Positions 59,101 through 64,000 of a DNA stretch of 64,000 bases are shown piece after piece (the first letter of the stretch is position 1; each line of letters opens with the position of its first letter). Where the stretch lies: positions 1 to 64,000 of IMG/VR virus record IMGVR_UViG_3300017917_004642; one strand, given 5' to 3'. Source of the DNA: a virus. The notes below the pieces were generated by a model. That model saw only the letters and a list, made by a program, of their open reading frames with translations, was not told the origin of the DNA and searched no databases. The translations under genes and the position numbers were made by a program.

Positions 59101-59835
59101 GTTGATGATTTCTCAACCTTCCCTATTGATCCAAACAGTGGTACACAAAGTCCATTAAAATTAAGTGTTGATGCAGATCTAAATGTATTCGTTGCTGGTG
59201 GAAATTCTGGAATAACCGGTCCTACAGGTCTTCCTTACCCTGCTGGAAATCTTTCCTTTGTTTCACTGCTTGAAAGTTTTAAACCACCAGTTGGTGTTGA
59301 TATGGGTGATATCATATCTAGAGCGGGATCTGGTGCATGGACTTGGGTAGATGTTCATAATTCAGATTCAGATCTGAATGTACCTATGCTCTCGACAGTT
59401 TTCTTTAGCAACTACAATTCACAAATTTTTGGTAAAAATTCAAATCGATGGGTGTTAACCGATGCAAGATTGGGTGAAGTAATACTGGATGTCAAACAAA
59501 TCCCATATTTCATATACACGTTTGTTAAGTCCGGATACTACTCAATACAGAACACAGTGGAAGATGCTGCAGGCAACGTTTACGAGATTGCTAAACCAGC
59601 TTTCATAAAAGTTGTCAATCAATCAATTGCAAGAGCAGATGACCCAAATCCATTCTTGGTAAATTCAGCAGATTACGGGTATGTACAAGAAAAAAGAGGA
59701 TTTGAAAACGAAGCTGAAAAACTGGACAAAGACATGCTTGAGCAGCAGATTGAGATTAGACTTAAAAACATTCCTCCTTTTGGATCTGGATTAATTATCA
59801 AAGACGATCCAGATGCGACATTTAGAGGCGATTAA
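56191..59835 (+). CDS. Beta-propeller-containing tail/receptor-binding protein
   Basis: Reg_prop-like blades (NSSLNSNTVYSISFDENGHYWLGTEAGL; NSTLPDDLVISI); GATAAATA at 56178. Confidence 0.7.
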   Translation: MANSLLYINQGALDSSENVWCVGRDLTVYDGQSWTYFNYLNSIVPNNSPYFLDTRSISIDSDDTKWIGCAVSSGLSQDLIFYAEGPQAATGSSWTINDFNLSGANWEVPTIYASPYGDEILAFISPLNGGGGTGATGNVGVTGGYLWSYNKISSEWKEVSPGYVWPHIYEIKAKGKDGINWDYYLATTDGVQIIPNGILDTSVLQDGSKFIPNLKKINGYNSSLNSNTVYSISFDENGHYWLGTEAGLTYWDGSKYYNWVTPGSESVQSVVARPNGHVFFSEGNPFETPSGTNGFYHFNGDTFTNYNTSNSTLPDDLVISILLVPEKTSKGSLTLYPNDLWIVAGNYVVLFDYVIPHVYGSSKYEGTTGWNFIDYTPNATGATTDAANLPKTERFNWVYPSWQGYENFELSNNHPGMDPRNLFLDTDFKAIADGRAGNQDYWNWGQVIPYEQQVEAGLIPDYTWINGITGASQITISSVSRYKNLNVLSGYSNNPYTNFGPSSNTENEFIVANPNPTNGTSGTQNFGFVTFYSDGGQVQGTIPFRGYNTRVLSAKPSYDNSSLVVLGSYSGYVEGGKFVWGSEYPTAANMTVTGTTGPIGGPIGFSNIATPGITASFDYPWILNGATGATSGVYIPQPSVLTSTIGYFLAEVDFEIGDETSYGGIDFSTETTSSKFCLKNFRTFPGANSSYDPAIHPAGTLPTQIGNSDLSISQNSIRFTGNITGGISTLKNDYENTNDLPNSPEFIFSSFSNSSYVSSGFVIDVSPDFFLKNGSSVGMTGNGSLDTIASLPNGQTFLLTGTSTDNLSYENLNVPHSSGGAMYPWFVLSDENNRGITGSFFKNSSSGDANYQSWNNTVTSFSSTSNFYSAMIYTGNGSIESYNGSSLTVGGASGAVNSAIVSITPGGKVSLASSYEILPSDYEFAYNATISSVQGVRANDSYYLAVNYQHNPGVTGNGNIIIKRSVSGTHVDDFSTFPIDPNSGTQSPLKLSVDADLNVFVAGGNSGITGPTGLPYPAGNLSFVSLLESFKPPVGVDMGDIISRAGSGAWTWVDVHNSDSDLNVPMLSTVFFSNYNSQIFGKNSNRWVLTDARLGEVILDVKQIPYFIYTFVKSGYYSIQNTVEDAAGNVYEIAKPAFIKVVNQSIARADDPNPFLVNSADYGYVQEKRGFENEAEKLDKDMLEQQIEIRLKNIPPFGSGLIIKDDPDATFRGD

Positions 59836-60257
59836 TTTTTTGGTTTAGCATTTCCAGTACCGCCCTGTGCTTTACTGTGCTTCCATTCCTCATATCTTTT
59901 TACGATTTCTTTCAGAATTTTAGATCTGACGATATCTTCTTCACCGAATTGAAATTCTCCAATGTTTTTAACCCCTCTTACAAGTTCCATAAAGAAAGGT
60001 AAAGCAACCTTCTCATAAGAAATGTCGTGCTGGGTTACATCTCCCGCAATCACCATCTTTGAATTTTTACCCAACCGAGAAGTGTAAAGCATTAACTGTT
60101 TCATATCACAATTCTGAGATTCGTCAAGAATCATAATGCAATTTTTACTTAATAGACCATGTGTGGCAAAGTAATTGTGATTATCTTTTACGTTTACGGA
60201 AAAGAATGGTACATTTTCATACTCACTCTCAATCCTAGTTATTTTTTTTACTCTCAT
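59832..60257 (-). CDS. phoH: Split-intein C-fragment (39 aa) fused to the PhoH C-terminal extein
   Basis: MRVKKI...VNVKDNHNYFATHGLLSKN|CIMILDESQN...SRLGKNSKMVIAGDVTQHD...DIVRS. Confidence 0.92.
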   Translation of the reverse strand: MRVKKITRIESEYENVPFFSVNVKDNHNYFATHGLLSKNCIMILDESQNCDMKQLMLYTSRLGKNSKMVIAGDVTQHDISYEKVALPFFMELVRGVKNIGEFQFGEEDIVRSKILKEIVKRYEEWKHSKAQGGTGNAKPKN

Positions 60258-61501
60258 TTATATAAATTATAATTTGTTAGATCCAGACTATCATCGACCA
60301 AACCAAAAAACCACCCGTCTATTTCTTCTTTTGTCTCGAAGCATTTATCTTTATATTTTCTGTGTGGCAAAGGTTTGAAATTTGATAATTTTTCTTTGCA
60401 GAATTTTTTAAAGTTACCCGCAGTAACCCATTTTTCACCATTTGGGAAATGTATGATTATCTTTTTTGACATCGGATTCTTATCACCCGATATTTTCTCG
60501 CCGTTTTTATAATTTGGGTTATTTATTCCCATCCGGTATTTTGCCATCCATTCATTAAATTCTTTTTCTCCTAATTGAACACGGTTTTTATGAAATGATG
60601 AATTATCCCCCCTTCTTACATCTTCCATATATTTTTCTCTTTCTTCCGGAGGTAAAGAATTTAATTTTTTTGAAAATGGATTATTTACAGAAGAACTGTT
60701 ATTGAATATCCATTCTTTTTTTTCCTCTTCATTTAATCCTGATAAAAATTTGTAATATGCTGAATTATCACCTGTCCTATCCGTTTTTTTAAAACAGCTT
60801 ATACACATTGAAGATTTATTACCTTTTCTTCCTGAACAAATTTTGCATATCGTTTTCCCTTTCCAATGTGGACTATTTTCTTTTAATATATATTTGGATT
60901 TCCATAATTCCAATTCTTCTTCACTTTTATTTCTAAAATGATTAGATTTTTTAACCGATATTGAAAATTGTAATCTGAATGAATCGTCACATTCCGCCCA
61001 GAATTTTTTTAATCCATTTGATATTTTAGTCTTTATTTCCTCTATTTCATTTTCTTTCTTATTTTCGAAAATGTTTTTCCCATACATTGGGTTCCTTTCG
61101 CCACTTAAGATTGGGTTCCTAACCCCTGGGATTGTTAAATTGCAAAGACTTCCTTCCCCTATTTCATCAGATATCTTTGTTCTAGTACCAATCTGTTCGC
61201 AAACCTTATATTCTATTTCAAGAGCTTTATCCTCCGTTAATCCATCTTTTATTTTTATAATGAATTTATCCTTGAAATCGTTTACGGTTACATCCGATAA
61301 AATTTTACTTATTATTCTATTTTTCAGCGGGTTATTTTTTATAGGTTTAAGATGATCGTATAATCTATTACCTTTACCCTTACCGACATAAAATGGCTGA
61401 AATTCCAGTGTAAATCTATCACCATCAATAATTAATTCCCTAGATTCTGGTTTTCTAGGATCTAAATATACGTAAGTGTAAAATGAATTATCACATTTCA
61501 T
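60254..61501 (-). mobile_element. Free-standing GIY-YIG homing endonuclease with NUMOD3-like repeats, inside the fractured phoH
   Basis: FYTYVYLDPR...FYVGKGKGNRLYDH, E..ALEIE, LCNLT; GERNPMYGK and GDKNPMSK repeats; more AT-rich than the flanks. Confidence 0.88.
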
Positions 61502-62192
61502 AGTATATTATATCATCTTCTTCCGTAAGATCTTTTGCCTCTACAATACCCCTATTTGATGTGTAAAATTTATGAGAATCTGTTACGTTTATGCTTGAAC
61601 CATTTTCCAATTCTACACAAATGTATTTATTTGTTAGTGACATTGAAATTGCATCTAATTCTTTTTCTTCTAATTCCCCTTTCGGGTTTGAAGTTATAAC
61701 AATATGATATATCCCATTTGAAGCATCCTCAAAAATTTGGTCCACCGTAATGTAACCTTTGTTCGTAAGTATTTTTTCACCCGAAATTAAACATTCATCA
61801 AACGTTGCACCTCTCATATATGCCAATGGTCTAAATTCGATTACTTTATCGTTTATTAATTGGGTTAGAACATCTTTCTTTATGATCTTTTCCATAGTGA
61901 TCAAAAAGCTTTCCATGTAGGGTCCAATCTTTTCTCCAACGTCTCCTGGTAAACTTCCAAGTTTTTCCCCCGATTCCTGGATTGGCTTGGTAAAGATTAT
62001 TTTTTCGATGACTCCTTTTTGTAAAAGTCTAAGAGCTGTATAGCAGGCAGAAAATGTTTTAGAAGATCCAGCAGGTCCCCAACAAAAGGTAATCGTATTG
62101 TTGAAGATTGTTTCTGAATACTCTTTTTGTTTTGGTGATAATGAAATGTCTAAAAATGAGCTTGCGGTTAACTTGTTTTTTCCTACTGGCAT
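61491..62192 (-). CDS. phoH: PhoH N-terminal extein (133 aa) fused to a split-intein N-fragment (100 aa)
   Basis: GPAGSSKT, LGSLPGD, PLAYMRGATFDE|CLISGEKILT...VTDSHKFYT..RG.VEAKDL. Confidence 0.92.
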   Translation of the reverse strand: MPVGKNKLTASSFLDISLSPKQKEYSETIFNNTITFCWGPAGSSKTFSACYTALRLLQKGVIEKIIFTKPIQESGEKLGSLPGDVGEKIGPYMESFLITMEKIIKKDVLTQLINDKVIEFRPLAYMRGATFDECLISGEKILTNKGYITVDQIFEDASNGIYHIVITSNPKGELEEKELDAISMSLTNKYICVELENGSSINVTDSHKFYTSNRGIVEAKDLTEEDDIIYYEM

Positions 62193-62215
62193 ATTTGAGT
62201 GTTTGTTAATAGTGT

Positions 62216-62223
62216 GATATATA
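62216..62223 (+). promoter_or_regulatory. Putative late promoter GATATATA in a divergent intergenic region
   Basis: Recurrent octamer upstream of 62258. Confidence 0.55.
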
Positions 62224-62257
62224 TTTCTAAACTTAGAAACTAAAAAATTGACCTCAA

Positions 62258-63142
62258 ATGGCTACAGTAAGCACTACTTCAATTCTAGGATCTGATTCAA
62301 TTTCTGGATCTAGACCCACAATTAATTCTAATTTTCAGATTTTAGAAAACTGGATTAATCAATACAATAATGTATTTGGCATTGATTCAACGAATGGTAT
62401 TTTGGACCTTTCTGCTGCTTCAACTGGAAGAGTATCAGCTAGAACCGGAAGATTTGACCAAATCATCGTTCCGAGCGGAGGAACAGCACTTGCCCAGATT
62501 CTTTCAACAGGTTCTGCTTCTTTCGTTAGTACAGCAACAACGACTTTAACAGCAAGCGGGGCATCAACTTTAAATGGTGTTTTCACTTCAAACAATAGCT
62601 CGACATTTAACTCGACGACTAATCTTTTTGGCGCAACCAACCTTAATAGCTCATTCACAATCTCTTCTGCTGGTCACTTTGTTGGACAAAATACAACTTA
62701 TGCAACTGGTGCAACTGCTGGAACTGCCTTCCCTGCTAACACCCTTGGTGGTGGCGGTAGAGCTTCTTCTCTAGCTGTACCTTACCAAATCACTGGTTTA
62801 GAGGATATCATCTATGCTCAGTGTGGTGGCGGATTTTATATGACAGTTGGAACTACCGGTGCTACTGCTTCTAATTTGGCTGCAGGTACAAGAATTACCA
62901 TTATCAATACTGGAGGAACAGGCGGATTTATAGCTACTGGAATTCAAAACGGTGGAGCATATTACACTGGATTTAATACCCAAGCATCTTATGGTAATTT
63001 CCCATCCACTGGAATAACATGTGATAATTTAAGACCTTACCAATCAGCTTTACAGCTTCAATGGGAACCAAGAGTAGGAAAAGGAACCGGCACACAAGAG
63101 GGATCTTGGGTAGTTTTGGGTTCTTCAAAAATGACTTGGTAA
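62258..63142 (+). CDS. Gly/Thr-rich virion structural protein
   Basis: DSISGSRPTINSNF N-terminal anchor-like motif; fibre-like composition. Confidence 0.7.
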   Translation: MATVSTTSILGSDSISGSRPTINSNFQILENWINQYNNVFGIDSTNGILDLSAASTGRVSARTGRFDQIIVPSGGTALAQILSTGSASFVSTATTTLTASGASTLNGVFTSNNSSTFNSTTNLFGATNLNSSFTISSAGHFVGQNTTYATGATAGTAFPANTLGGGGRASSLAVPYQITGLEDIIYAQCGGGFYMTVGTTGATASNLAAGTRITIINTGGTGGFIATGIQNGGAYYTGFNTQASYGNFPSTGITCDNLRPYQSALQLQWEPRVGKGTGTQEGSWVVLGSSKMTW

Positions 63143-63158
63143 TAATAAAATTTTCTAA

Positions 63159-64000
63159 ATGGCAAAAACCCCGTTTATACGTCCTTTACAGGTTCAAGGT
63201 GGTACATTCTACGCCTTTTCTTCTGCTGCAGAAGACTTATCTTTTACTTTCAATAATTCTGTAAATAAATTTAAGTTTTCTAAATTTGCTTTGCTTAACA
63301 TCCCAGAAATAAATTCTGGTGATCCCTTGGGTAATAGCTTGAAGTTGAACGCTCCCGACAGTGCATTCATAGACAAAGCTACAAATGCTCAGAATATAAT
63401 TACCAATAACGCAAACGTTAATTTTTCTCAAAGTTTCCAAAGTTATTGCCTTAACCTAGAAACAACAATCTTAAGCGGTTCTGATTACGATTCAAGTCTA
63501 AAACAGAATATCTCAGAGAGAGTATTTTGGAAATGGCTTAAAGAACTTGGTGGAATGAGATATCAACCAGCTTCTTCGGATCAGGTTGTTTCTACACTGG
63601 ACCAGAACACTGTTTTAACCATTAACAATATACCAGTTACACAAAAAAGATATGTCGAAGGTGATCCTGCAGGCGGAACTGGATCCTATGGTTTAACTGG
63701 AGCAACCTACAATAGAGTTGTTCAGTACATTGGAAACCTTGACATTGTAAATTCTGTAAAAAACAACAGTAACACATATTCTGAAGTTTATGTTTTAGTT
63801 CCAACCAAAGACGGTAACACGCCAACTGTTCTTTTTAAGAATGTAACGGATCAGAACTACCTATTGGATTATGGCTGGACTAATAATCCGGCGGATCCTT
63901 TGAATGACGAATATTTAACAGGACGTGCATATGATGAGTTGAACCCTAGCGGATTAACAAATTTAGCAATATTCGATGACGATGTAATCGGACAACCCAC
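63159..64000 (+). CDS. 5' part of a large structural protein running off the window (absent from the ORF track)
   Basis: ATG at 63159, MAKTPFIRPLQVQGGTFYAFSSAAEDL...ERVFWKWLKELGG; no stop seen in the part translated. Confidence 0.8.
   Translation, partial: MAKTPFIRPLQVQGGTFYAFSSAAEDLSFTFNNSVNKFKFSKFALLNIPEINSGDPLGNSLKLNAPDSAFIDKATNAQNIITNNANVNFSQSFQSYCLNLETTILSGSDYDSSLKQNISERVFWKWLKELGGMRYQPASSDQVVSTLDQNTVLTINNIPVTQKRYVEGDPAGGTGSYGLTGATYNRVVQYIGNLDIVNSVKNNSNTYSEVYVLVPTKDGNTPTVLFKNVTDQNYLLDYGWTNNPADPLNDEYLTGRAYDELNPSGLTNLAIFDDDVIGQP

Noticed and set aside
60254-61501. Group I intron, or a single contiguous intein broken by sequencing errors
   Set aside because: No non-coding flanks exist for a ribozyme core, clear intein blocks are present, and the three ORFs have tidy start/stop overlaps that argue for separate genes.
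830-63825. Numerous short antisense or overlapping ORFs in the track (e.g. 5688-6068, 16948-17343, 21759-22136, 63061-63264)
   Set aside because: They lie within well-supported genes and have Ser/Leu/Phe-rich shadow composition with no motifs.
1-64000. Stop-codon reassignment as in some jumbo phages
   Set aside because: Code 11 gives full-length genes and near-complete coding density; TAG and TGA both end genes at sensible places.
1-64000. tRNA or rRNA genes
   Set aside because: No cloverleaf or T-loop signature was seen in the short intergenic regions. Checked by eye only; tRNAscan was not run.

Overview
This window is a densely coding, almost entirely plus-strand, AT-rich segment of a T4-like jumbo myophage genome in the standard genetic code. 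The host is probably a Bacteroidota bacterium: TAnnTTTG promoters, A-rich starts without Shine-Dalgarno sequences, and a Bacteroidetes-type lipoprotein. It holds head genes (gp55-like late sigma, gp4, gp2, two tandem gp20 portal paralogues, a gp21 protease fused to a repeat-rich scaffold, gp23 major capsid). It also holds a replication/repair block (ligase, clamp loader, guanylate kinase, 5'-3' exonuclease, degenerate UvsE, NEIL1-like glycosylase, 3'-5' exonuclease), many probable head-packaged proteins, a kinase plus asparagine-synthetase-like pair, and a baseplate/neck/fibre module interrupted by a ribosomal protein S1 homologue and an amidoligase-like gene. The strongest observation is a fractured phoH: PhoH-N fused to an intein N-half, then a free-standing GIY-YIG endonuclease, then an intein C-half fused to PhoH-C, i.e. 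a naturally split intein. Other observations are the duplicated portal, a candidate -1 frameshift, a nested scaffold start with its own late promoter, and three promoter classes. All product calls come from motif recognition by eye; no database searches were run.
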